Positions 1 to 10,199 of a stretch of 22,157 nt of DNA are shown in pieces. Both the position numbers and the translations under genes were made by a program. The first letter of the stretch is position 1, and each line of letters begins with the position of its first letter. The notes below the pieces were generated by a model that made no database searches, had not been told where the DNA came from, and worked only from the letters and a program-made list of their open reading frames with translations. The stretch lies in assembly GCF_006345805.1 (NCBI RefSeq), contig NW_021837014.1, forward strand, positions 1 to 22,157. The letters are read 5' to 3'. Source of the DNA: Octopus sinensis. Its lineage: Eukaryota.

Positions 1-309
1 TGGACAATGTTAGGAGACCCGGGTATTAGTAAGACAGAGCTATGTGGAGAGAGGTCTGGCTTCTCATCAGAGGCATCCACATTATTTTGACAATCTCCAA
101 ATCAGCAATCAGTCAAACTGTTTATATACTCAAAAATGCAGCAGTTACTCTATGAAGGAGTCCTTAATTTGCATACTGAAAGTGTTTAACACTCTATAAA
201 TACCAGCGGCCTGTCAACGAGAAATATATATATATATACACACACACACAAACGAGTGAGTGGACAAACGAAATGAGGGCACTCAACGAATTTATTGGGA
301 TTTACAAGT

Positions 310-460
310 ATGGATCAAAGCAGTTTGATTCAAATTCGTTGGTACTCTTGAGTTTCAAGCATGATGCTAGTCGTCAGCCATTTTGAATTTGGCTTACGAT
401 TAGCATCACGTTTGAAAGTCAAGAGTACCAACGAATTTGAATCAGACTGTTTTGATCCAT
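310..460. repeat. Long imperfect palindrome (71-bp arms, 9-nt loop), probably a MITE-like element
   Basis: Left arm 310-380 (atggatcaaagcagtttgattcaaattcgttggtactcttgag...agcca) is the reverse complement of right arm 390-460 with 7 mismatches and no gaps; loop ttttgaatt at 381-389. Confidence 0.9.
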
Positions 461-535
461 CCATCCATAAGTACATACACACATACATACATGAATATAT
501 ATATATTATATTATATATATATATATATATATATA

Positions 536-649
536 GTGTTGTGTCTGGGGAGAGTCATTTTCTTTTGTGCCTTTAATGTAACACACTCAACGGTGAGTGT
601 GTTACATTATAAGGCACAAAAAGAAAATGACTCTCCCCAGACACAACAG
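536..649. mobile_element. TA-flanked palindromic MITE made only of two ~55-bp TIRs (Tc1/mariner-superfamily-like)
   Basis: Arm 536-589 (gtgttgtgtctggggagagtcattttc...acacactca) pairs with arm 594-649, with two 1-nt indels and a terminal mismatch; loop acgg at 590-593. TA on both sides (534-535, 650-651). The hairpin is seen directly; the superfamily is inferred from the TA duplication. Confidence 0.7.
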
Positions 650-980
650 TACGAACCCATATAAAGAATCTTGCAAGCCAAATTCCAAAACGATATATAT
701 ATATATATGTATATATGTGTAAATGAAAGACGAAGTCGAACGAAGATGTTAACAAAATTCCTTTACTCTCGACATATGTTTCGAAGACAGCATATATATG
801 TATGTATACACGGGCGTGTATATGAGTGTGTGTGTGTGTGTGCTATCCAACAAAAACCCCTTGAAAAGAACACCCTGTAACATTCAGATGCTACCAAACC
901 CCTAACTATGAAAGTGAACCTTTAAGATAGACACGAAACGCTACCCGTTAAAGTTCCAATACTTGTACACGCGGATGGGC

Positions 981-995
981 GTGTGTGGTGTGTGT

Positions 996-1056
<61 letters not shown>

Positions 1057-1098
1057 TGTGTGTGTGTGTGGTGTGTGTGTGTGTGTGTGTCTGAGTGT
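981..1098. repeat. (GT)n microsatellite with GGT interruptions
   Basis: Direct reading; source of the HTHT ORF 948..1154. Confidence 0.97.
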
Positions 1099-1529
1099 GT
1101 TTCTGTAGCACGTTCTTTTGATAGAACGGGACTAGGATAATAGGTTTTAACCATCCCTGATTAAGGGGGCAAAACCCTTATTATCATCTATTAAGGAGAT
1201 CGCCTTGTGAAACATGTCTTGCTAAGTTGCCCTCCTTCCCTTCTTTGCTCAAACGTACCCTTTCGCTTGTTGTACGCTATTTATTCAACAAAAGTTTGGG
1301 TCACAGAAGCTACCAGATGCGTGGAAATGCGATAAAGTGATTATACAGGTTTCCCCTGTAATCAAATAGCTCTGAGAACAGGGGACGGAGATGGCGGCGG
1401 CGGCGGAGCCGTTCTCGCTATTACATATCGACTTTTGTGTTGAGAGAAAGCAGCGAAAACTACGGGAGATTGGTTAAGCTTTTCGGCAATGGTTTTCTCA
1501 TGCAAAACTATTTTTTCAAATTAAGGGAC

Positions 1530-1535
1530 TAGGTA

Positions 1536-1621
<86 letters not shown>

Positions 1622-1955
1622 GGTGGTGGTGGTGGTGGTGGTGGTAGTAGTGGTGGTGGTGGTGGTGGTCGTCGTCGTCGTCGTCGTGGTAGTGGTGGTA
1701 GTGGTGGTGGTATTTTTAATAGTGGTGGAGATGGTAGTAGTAGTAGTAGTAGTTGGTGGTGGTGGTGGTGGTGGTGGTAGTGGTGGTGGTGGTGGTGGTC
1801 GTCGTCGTCGTCGTCGTCGTGGTAGTGGTGGTAGTGGTGGTGGTATTTTTAATAGTGGTGGAGATGGTAGTAGTAGTAGTAGTAGTGGTGGTGATGATGG
1901 TGATAGTAGTAGTAGCAGTAGTAGTGGTGGTTGTGGTGGTTGTAGTGGTGCTAGC

Positions 1956-1994
<39 letters not shown>

Positions 1995-2125
1995 GGTGGT
2001 GGTGGTGGTGATAGTAGTAGTAGTAGTGGTGGTGGTGGTGGTGGTGTGGTGTGGTGGTGGTGGTGGTGGTTTCCATAGTAGTGGTAGTAGTGGTGGTAGT
2101 GTCGGTGGTGGTGGTAATAGTAGTG

Positions 2126-2159
<34 letters not shown>

Positions 2160-2660
2160 TGGTAGTGGGATTTTCAGAGAAATGTCAGGGACCTTCTCTT
2201 TAGCAAAATATGCTGGGGTTGGGCCGTTTAAAGGAGTTGCATTTATTGTTTTGGTGGTTGGTGGTGGTGGTGGTGGTGGTGGTGGTGGTTGGTGGTGGTG
2301 GTGGTGGTGGTGGGCAGGGGTTTGTAGTGATGGAGATGTGTGTGTGGGGGGGGGTGTCGGTGGCTGTGTTTATGGAGCAGTGTGTAGTGGTATGAGGGGA
2401 GGAGGGGTGATGATGGTAGTGATGGTGGCAGTGGTGTCCCTGGAGACGGCGGCAGCGGCGGTTGGGAAGTGGTTACGTTTGTGATGATGGTAGCGGTGGT
2501 GGTGGTGGTGGTTGTGGTGGTGGTTGCGTTTATGGAACGGCGCTAATGATCTTGGGAGCGATGATGTAGTGATGATGTCAGCATTAATAAGTGTTGTTGT
2601 TGGTGATGGTGTTGATGTTGTTGTTTTTGGTTGGTGGTGGTGGTGGTGGTGGTGTGTAGG
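1530..2660. repeat. Compound trinucleotide array (TAG/TGG/GTC/CAG), strongly G+T-rich on the plus strand, containing a ~133-bp tandem duplication
   Basis: Direct reading. The unique marker tatttttaatagtggtggagatgg occurs at 1711-1734 and 1844-1867. The poly-V/G/S ORFs here are artefacts. Confidence 0.95.
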
Positions 2661-2699
2661 CGGGTGTGTGAGGGGGTGTTAATGATGATAGAGAGATGT

Positions 2700-2876
2700 T
2701 GACGATAATGATGGTCGCAATGAAAAATGATGAGGATGGTGATGACGTTTGATACTGATGATGAAGATGAAGATGATGGTGATGGTGGTGATGATAATGA
2801 TGATGAAGAATATAATGATGATGGCGATGATGATGATAATGAAGAAGTGGAGGAGGAGGAGGATGAAGATGATGAA

Positions 2877-2924
<48 letters not shown>

Positions 2925-2960
2925 AATGAAGAAGAAGATGAGGAGGAGGAGGAGGATTCT
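2700..2960. repeat. (GAT/GAA/GAG)n degenerate trinucleotide array
   Basis: Direct reading; gives poly-D/E, poly-M and poly-I ORFs with no non-repetitive domain. Confidence 0.93.
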
Positions 2961-3345
2961 GATGGTATTTATAATATTGACAATGCTTACATTAATTTTA
3001 GTTCTCAGAGTCCTTTTGTCAACTGGTTTTAGTTTGGTTAACAATATCCAATCTTGTCTCTGTCCGATGGTCTGTCTGTCAGTGTGTCTGTTTGTCTGTG
3101 CATGCGTCTGTCTGTCTGTCTGTCTGTGTGTCTGTTTCTCTTTCTCTATCCCTCTGTTTATTTCCCTCCGTCTCCTTTCTTCCTCTCCCCGCCTATAATA
3201 AGCCAATGAGCACACGCACTGATTGCGTTTCTCTTCAGTATTGAATCCTACTTTTAGAAACATCTGACAATATATCAAAAATTTGAAGAAAGCTGCAACC
3301 GACGTGCGTGTATCTTAACAGTATGACCGTCCCAAAGTATAGCAA

Positions 3346-3470
3346 TCCCCCCTCTCTCTCTTTCCTAATATCCCCCATCTCTCTTTCCTAATATCCTCCT
3401 CTCTCTCTCTATCCTAAACACTCCTCTCTCTTTCTCTCTCACTCTCACTCTCTCTCTCCTTCTCTCTCTC
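3346..3470. repeat. CT-rich minisatellite (unit ~ctctctttcctaatatccyc, 3-4 degenerate copies) merging into (CT)n
   Basis: tttcctaatatcc at ~3361 and ~3385, then degenerate tatcctaaacactcc at ~3410. Confidence 0.8.
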
Positions 3471-4509
3471 TGTTCCATACAACACTGGGGCCATGTAACT
3501 GAAAAACAAAGACAACCAAAAGATTTTGGCGATAAATTGGCACCCTATGGTTCCATTATATTACGTAGAACCCTGAGTCTCAAAGTATTTGTGTTTTCTT
3601 TATCATTTACATCTATTTTAATTGTTCCTATGATTCATAAAACCCCTTTTTTAAAAAATATATAATTCAAAAATACTTTCGCTACATTATCTCTGTTAGC
3701 TACTTAACTAACTTGGCAGAATAATATCTAAAAACTAAAGATGTTTTTGGAACATTTCGCTGGGGTGTGGTGCTAAAATTGGTGTTAATGCTCTTGAGGA
3801 GCTAGTGTAGCCGTTAATAGCCTTGTAGTTTCATTAGTGACACTTTGACACATTCACCAAAAGAAAGAAAAAAATTGTGTAAGTTCGTTCTTCCCTAAAC
3901 AGTTAGAAAAGTAATTCTCTGCTGTAGAATAAACTTGTTATGTAGATGTTATTACCGCTTACACAAGAGAATTGAAATCCGTGAGTCATCAGCCATTTTA
4001 CATCGTCCTCGCGATAGCATTACCAAAACCCACAAACACACACATACACACGCAAACTCGTACAAGTGGCTGTTTCAGTGGTACTCTGTTATTAATATAT
4101 TCTCAATCTACCCTGTACGCACCTTTCACAAGCAGGTTCTACGTACACGGAAAGTTATTCAACCGTCAGTTCATCTATTCCAAGCTTTGACTACGTACAC
4201 CTGTTATGTTATCTAATATATATAAAAGCTGGATTCCTTCTCTATACGCTCTATAAATATATGACATTCATAGTTCTACTACATAAATACTATATTCACC
4301 TCTCTCATTCATGGTTTAATTGCATCAATATTTCATTCATAATACTCCTCTCTTTTTATCTACTATGTGTGTGTGTCTGTGTGTGTGTGTTTCTCAAGGC
4401 CTGGTCATTTATTTCTCAAGACTTGAGCTGCAGATTTATTCGTGAGGAGAGATATAAGACATCGTACCTCAACATCTCAGATCAACAGGAGCATGCGTGC
4501 GTGCATATC

Positions 4510-4544
4510 TGTGAGTATACATACACACACACAGAGGATTTTAC

Positions 4545-4589
<45 letters not shown>

Positions 4590-4733
4590 AATACATAAAT
4601 ACATAATAAATACATACATACGCACATACATATATGTAGATATGTATACACACATATAATATACATACGTGTATATGTACGTGTGTGTGTGTATATATAT
4701 ACGAACACACACACGCACGGATATATATATACA

Positions 4734-4805
<72 letters not shown>

Positions 4806-5180
4806 AATATATATATGTACATATATGTATGTATATATATATGTATATATACATATGTGTGTGTGTGATGTATGCATGCATGCATGAAAGTACGTATGTA
4901 AGCATGTATGAACGTACATATAAGTACATATGTATGTGTATATGTACAAGTATACATATACATGTGTGCGCACGCGTGCACGTGTGTGAGAGAGAGGGCG
5001 TGTGTGTGTGTGTTTATGTGTTTGTATGTGTGTGTGTACGCTTGCACATCAACACGTGTGTATGTCTATATATATATATATACATATATATATACATACA
5101 CACGCCCACACACATACACAAACATGCACACACATACACATACACACACACACATACATATATACACACACACACACACT
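4510..5180. repeat. Compound (TA)n/(CA)n/(TG)n/(TATG)n microsatellite block
   Basis: Direct reading; explains all YIYI/HTHT/CVCV ORFs here. Confidence 0.97.
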
Positions 5181-5466
5181 TCAAGCCAAACGCCAAAGAT
5201 GTTTTACATACTTTCGCATCTCAATTAATGGTTTGGAAGTAATTTCTTAATTAGCCGTGTTCTTTCTGGATTCGTGAAGCCCAGCCTCTCCAAATTACCG
5301 TTGAAGCAACACTTCATTATATAATTACGTTGCCTAATTTCCATTTCGTTTCTTAGGCCCCACGACCCAAGAAGACGGTTTCCTGGTTTCTGTGGTGTAT
5401 TAGTAACCGATTTTACATTTCCCTTGAACGAGAAACCAAAAAGTTTTGAAGGGAAGAAGCAAGTCC

Positions 5467-5567
5467 ATTACAATGACCCCAGGACTTGAAAACTACTTTA
5501 TACTATCGACTCTATGCCTTGAAAGTACTTTAAACTATCGACCCCTAAAGCGATGAGGGACAAAGTT
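5467..5567 (-). mobile_element. Degenerate SINE central fragment (Nin/Deu-like domain) with a ~25-bp internal duplication
   Basis: gtactttaaactatcgacccctaaagcgatgagggacaaagtt resembles the reverse complement of the SINE segment ...CTTTCATCCTTTCGGGGTCGATAAATTAAGTACC (recalled consensus). Duplicated unit cttgaaa..tacttta.actatcgac at 5485-5510 and 5518-5542. Confidence 0.55.
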
Positions 5568-5809
5568 AAGCAGAATATAAAGATCCGGAAAAAATTCCAC
5601 AAAGCATTATGTCCGTTAAGTTAACAATTTTGTCAGTTTGTTGCCTTTTCCGAAATAATTACGAGTCTCAATCCAGATTTATTTAATTGTAGTTGTATCT
5701 GAAGATGTCCCATTTGTTCGACGCACATTTGACGTTGTTATTTCAACTCTTCTACTATGCAACCATACAATAACTCATGTTTTCTGTCCGGCAGTTCGGT
5801 CGACATATT

Positions 5810-6050
5810 TATGTGTGTGTGTGTGTCTGTCTGTCTGTCTGTGTGTGTGGCTGTCTGTGTGTCTGTGTGCGCATGCGTGCATGCATGGTTATGTGTGTCC
5901 GTAAGTGGAGCGCATGTAGGTATATTTATATGGATCGATGTGCAGATAACACGCTTTCTCAAAACTTCTCTCTCCCTCTCTTTCTCTTTCTCTCTCTCCC
6001 TCCCTCTCTCTCTCTCTCTCTCCTTCCCTCTCTCTCTCTCTCTCTCTCTC
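5810..6050. repeat. (TG)n/(TCTG)n followed by (CT)n microsatellites
   Basis: Direct reading. Confidence 0.9.
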
Positions 6051-6580
6051 CAACATGATTCGGGGACAACTCGATTAGTTTCCTCAATATTACAAGGCCG
6101 CTAGCAGTGTCTATATTTCAGCTAATTCTCTGTGAGAAAGTATGTATCTTGCTATTTACTTATATAAAAAGGGGCAGTAAGAGCCTTTACTATATTCTGT
6201 CCCGTTATAAGCGAACCCTGCTTTTCTTTCTTTAACACGAGGTCGGCTTTCATTGTGGAGATTAAAATATTTTTAATTATCGCGAGTGTGTAAATATGTC
6301 TTTGTATATATCGTATATGTGCGTTCTCTGGACATGTGTGTGTGTACATATACGTGTGTGTGTATGTGTGTGTGTGCGCGCGTGTGTGTGTGTGATTTCT
6401 GATATAGTATATGTAATGAAAATCGATTGGTGTTGTGAGCACTTGACAACTTGCTTACTCTTACTAAAAGTAGCCGATTGATAACAATAAAGGTGTGAGG
6501 ATTCTAGTAAACGGATTCCACAGTATGTATATTTATATACATACACACGCACACACACACACACACAACCACATATATAT

Positions 6581-6612
<32 letters not shown>

Positions 6613-6750
6613 CTTACATATATGTAGATATGTATACATACATATATATACATACGTATTTATGTATGTATGTCTATATGTATATCTATCTATCTATCTG
6701 TCTATCTATCTATGTGTATATATATATATATACATATAAACACACACACA

Positions 6751-6805
6751 GTGAAGGTGCTATAGCATGGCCACAACCTTAGGGCTGAAACGTATGAAAG
6801 AATAA
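6751..6805 (+). mobile_element. 3' end fragment of a tRNA-derived SINE
   Basis: gaaggtgctatagcatggccacaaccttagggctgaaacgtatgaaagaataa resembles the same 3' end seen at ~9440-9502 (ggcggtgccccagcatggacacagtctaatgactgatacaagtaaaaagag). Confidence 0.55.
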
Positions 6806-7140
6806 CAGAATATACATATGTATATACACATATACATATTCTTGTATATAGATATATGCATATATATATATATATATATATACATATAATATAGCACCTA
6901 TATATATATACATATATATATAGCACCTTCACGTGGTGTGTTTTATATGTATATATATATATATAATATATACACACCCACATAAATATACATATAAAAA
7001 TACGTGTGTGTGTGTGTACGTATATTTATATCTATGTGCATGTGGGGGCGTGCGTATTGAAAAATATAAATATCTCCCCCTCTGTAGTCTGTCTGTCTGT
7101 CACACTCTCTCTCTCCCTCCCTCTCCCTCCCTCTCCCTCT

Positions 7141-7202
<62 letters not shown>

Positions 7203-7592
7203 AACTTCATTAGTGACATTGACTCCTCTGATGATGGAAGCTGAACTCCATAGACGATCTCCTTTCGTTCGTCAGTCGTCACAAAACATTCTGTCCCAAA
7301 ACCGCCACTAATGTCAGCCAGAAACAGCAAAGTCTGGAATTGTGTGATGGGATAAAATCTTGTTACTCTGCGACTATACAAGATAATTAATCTTAATTAT
7401 CGCAATTAGTCGTCATCAGCTTTGGCAGAGATGAGAATAATGGTGTCAGTTTCGTTAAAGATGTCACAGTTTACCAAGGTCAATGAGTGTTGAAATGTTC
7501 GTGTTTTGTGGAGGTTTCGCTTGTTTACGCCCTTAACGTATAGGGTTACATACATTTGAGTCGAGGGGGAAATGTAGCATTTTGAGATGATT

Positions 7593-7731
7593 GGATATGT
7601 GGTTAAGGAGGTCGTTTAACAATTACGTCGTTTCTGTTTCGATCCCTGTCTAGGTTTTCCCAGAGCAAGAGTCGTTTATTATATCCTCCGGTTCACAAAT
7701 ACTTTGTGCGTGAATAATTGTAGTCGGAAAT
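7593..7731 (+). mobile_element. Degenerate tRNA-derived SINE 5' part (CORE-type)
   Basis: A-box-like ggatatgtggtta, B-box-like gtttcgatccc, then gcaagagtcgtttattatatcc...ttgtgcgtgaat...gtagtcggaaa, matching the recalled octopus SINE ...GGCAAGTGTCTTCTACTATAGCC...CTTGTGAGTGAATTTGGTAGACGGAAAC. Confidence 0.6.
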
Positions 7732-7780
7732 ATTTTCAGAGGCCTGTTAAACATTGTATGCATTTACACACACACACACT

Positions 7781-7820
<40 letters not shown>

Positions 7821-8100
7821 GAGATACATATAAAGATATACATAGATAAATAAATGTAGATATATATAAAGCACGATTTATTCGTAATCAGAGTTGTTCG
7901 AAAACCGTGGTTCTACTCTATGTATATATCTTTATATATATATATACGTATACAAAAACACGTATTCAAGTGTTACATGTATGCATAAATGCATATACAA
8001 ACGTGTGTATATATACATGAATGTATGCATATATATATATGTGCGCGTGTGTGTATTTTTGTGTTCTTTTATGTGTTTGTGTGTATCTATGTATGTCTTT

Positions 8101-8170
8101 GTGCCTGTGTTTGGCCTCAACCACACCTTGACAAACGGTGGTGGTTTGTTTACGTCCACGTATCGCACTT
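8101..8170 (+). mobile_element. SINE internal fragment following a (TG)n tract
   Basis: gtgtttggcctcaaccacaccttgacaaacggtggtggtttgtttacgtccacgta is similar to 15494-15573 and to the recalled consensus GTGTTTGTCCCC..CATCGCTTGACAACCGATGCTGGTGTGTTTACGTCCCCGTAA. Confidence 0.55.
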
Positions 8171-8349
8171 AATGCGTGAATTTTTTTTAAAAAGAAGGTT
8201 CTTTTGTTTTGCTTTTTTGTAAATTATTTTAGGGTTAAAGAATCCAGTTTATTTAATTATTCTCTGTTCATTTACTTGGGAAAATGTCAGAAGATTTCTA
8301 GGCAGAGAAGGTTATTCTGGCGTTAAAGCCAATTAAGGCGCGAACTATT

Positions 8350-9350
8350 ATTTAAAAAGAGAAGTATGTTTTGTTTGGATATCAAGTTACTGCTGTTGAC
8401 ATGCCACTGTGTTATTTAAGGAGGTGTCTGCACATGTGAGTGCATGAAGAAATTTAATTTTATGTTTATTTTAGTTCAATGTTTTAGTAATTATGTCTTG
8501 TTTTAGAATGCAGAAACACTGCCGATAAGCCTATGCCTTGTCTAAGAGTTGCCCTTTCGTCATATTTTCTCCAGATCTGTTTTGCATCTGTGGTATCAGA
8601 TCCGCCGCTTTGCAATGTTCTAAATGTATGATTATGTTGATAGAATCTGTTCTTAAATATATTAAGCAGTCATTCTCATATTATCAACGTTGTTTTAGTT
8701 AATGTTTGATATGACGGCTGCGTACGTAAAGGATTTTTTCCAGACAATTCCCCATTGACTAGTCAAGCGTTTTGAGAACGGTAACTGCAGTTCTGTATTT
8801 TCAGTCTCTGCGTTGTGATAGTTCAAGTTATATTTTCTTATTATTAATATATGCTAGGAAGCTAGCAAAGTTTGTAGTGTATTTAAATGAGTTCGGGCTA
8901 TAAATTTTCCTGCATTGATTGAGATAGAATAAATCCCATCGTCTCACTCTTGCGTCTTCTCATTCATCTTGTGTGTCTATGATATGAAGTTTCGCCATTA
9001 GGGACTACAAAGATTCATATCTCAAAATGATTTGAAGGTTTCTAAGAACACATTGTAGGTGGGTGGCTTCAGTTATTATCTATATATAAGCTAAGTCGTC
9101 TGGTTTAATGTAATATTTGGGTATTTTCTGGTTCAGGTGGAATGATATCTCTTAGGAATTTTCTATTTTGAAGCTTCTACTTACTTCAGATTTTAGGTTC
9201 AGGTTTTTGGATATGGATGCGTTCTGCTTTAAATTATCTTCTGCTCACCTCATTGTTCAGGTACTGTGGTGCACAGACAAACTTATATCAGGCAATTTAA
9301 ACGATATCAAACTTTTCAAACGAATTCATAGAACCCTACAAATGCAAGAG
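8350..9350 (-). mobile_element. Decayed Penelope-like retroelement: RT C-terminal region followed by a Cys-rich linker and GIY-YIG endonuclease; multiple stops and frameshifts
   Basis: Manual minus-strand translation gives family motifs in the expected order: KNLNLKSEVSRSFKIENS*EISFHLN (cf. ..GLKIT..NLKIVNFLDVTFDLN; KIENS..HLN at 9131-9169), YIKPDD, SHPP (9057-9068), KIYSPNSFKYTTNFASFLAYINNKKI, CSYRSQNA*LVNG/NCLEKS (cf. CxCR..CP.NGxC; ~8731-8788), MRMT/NIFKNRFYQHNHTFR (FKNR..HTFR at 8619-8657), DTTDAKQIW and QLLDKA*AY. Ends are approximate. Confidence 0.8.
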
Positions 9351-9372
9351 ATAACGAAGACTCTTCTTAGGA

Positions 9373-9502
9373 CGGCAAAAGGTATCGATCGAATAAGTAC
9401 TGGGCTTCAAAAAAATTCTAGGGTTGATTCATTCGGCTAAATTTCTTCACGGCGGTGCCCCAGCATGGACACAGTCTAATGACTGATACAAGTAAAAAGA
9501 GA
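9373..9502 (+). mobile_element. 3' half of a tRNA-derived SINE
   Basis: cggcaaaaggtatcgatcgaataagtactgggctt...gggttgattcattcggctaaatttcttcacggcggtgccccagcatggacacagtctaatgactgatacaagtaaaaagag closely follows the recalled abundant octopus SINE 3' end; A-rich tail. Confidence 0.75.
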
Positions 9503-9550
9503 AAACAAACAGAAAAAGAAAAGATCATCTTTTATAATCTCTCGATCGCC

Positions 9551-9597
9551 TTGAAATAGCAGCCAAATCACCCTCAAATCCTGTTGTCAGTGTCTTA
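9551..9597 (+). mobile_element. Fragment of a second SINE family
   Basis: ttgaaatagcagccaaatcaccctcaaatc...gtctta resembles the reverse complement of 18109-18155 (aagacgataaaatgtgctttcagggtaactttgctggtatttctag). Confidence 0.5.
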
Positions 9598-9778
9598 GCA
9601 AATTACACACATGCAACACCAAAAAGGTTTAAACGAACAAAAAAAGGCAGAAGCCATTAAAATACAACAACCAATGAAAATACCTCTCTTATTATGTTAA
9701 ATAATCCAACGGTAGGTGTAGCGATTTGTTTCAATTCCTTTTATGAAACACTATATCATGTTACAATAATAAACTTAC

Positions 9779-9827
9779 CTTTTACTGTTTTTGCGAAACG
9801 GATGTAAAGCAACGATGAAGAATCCAG
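9779..9827 (-). other. Candidate 49-nt internal exon of an unidentified gene
   Basis: Minus strand reads atatttttattgctAG|CTGGATTC...AGTAAAAG|GTAAGT, a pyrimidine-rich acceptor and a perfect donor. Two frames are open (GFFIVALHPFRKNSK; LDSSSLLYIRFAKTVK). No partner exon or homology recognised. Confidence 0.3.
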
Positions 9828-10199
9828 CTAGCAATAAAAATATATAGTCCTCTTCAAATCTATATTAAGCTCCCGCACTTAATATCGCCCTTAATACCTA
9901 TTTCTATATTTTCATATAGCTGACACGCATGTGTGTATATGCATGTATACATAAATTCACCCATACGTACAAAAATTGACAGATGGTAGCCGCCTTGATT
10001 ACTGTACATCATCCTGATAATCTCCCTTGATATTTCTCTAATCTAACATGATTTATTACCAGCAATTGGCCTGCAAACATTCAAACATGTGTGACAAATA
10101 ACAATCAAAACTTCTAAACGGTTTATATAACTTATTTATGCCTATTCATAAGCCCAGGTTACTATAACAGATATTTTCCACATAATAGATTGGGATTTT

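Noticed and set aside
166-173. Octamer motif ATTTGCAT (also ATGCAAAT at ~10522 and ~10586)
   Set aside because: Expected by chance in AT-rich DNA; two instances are products of the fold-back duplication; no promoter context.
1536-3278. Long ORFs rich in V, G, S, M, D/E or I
   Set aside because: They are translations of trinucleotide repeats, with no domain content or supporting splice structure.
7226-7256. CTGATGA followed by a tgga/tcca stem, resembling a hammerhead core
   Set aside because: The stem is followed by TAGAC rather than GAAAC, and no stems I or III were found. Other CTGATGA sites (~21725 plus, ~21231 minus) also lack a proper stem II-GAAA arrangement.
8763-8765. TGA at a conserved Cys position in the Penelope relic, suggesting selenocysteine recoding as known for some Naiad elements
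   Set aside because: The relic also has TAA/TAG stops and frameshifts, its domain order is not Naiad-like, and no SECIS was seen. Simple decay explains it.
9813-9832. cgatgaagaatccagctagc, 18/20 match to the conserved 5.8S rRNA motif
   Set aside because: Flanks do not match 5.8S and there is no rDNA context; a chance match.
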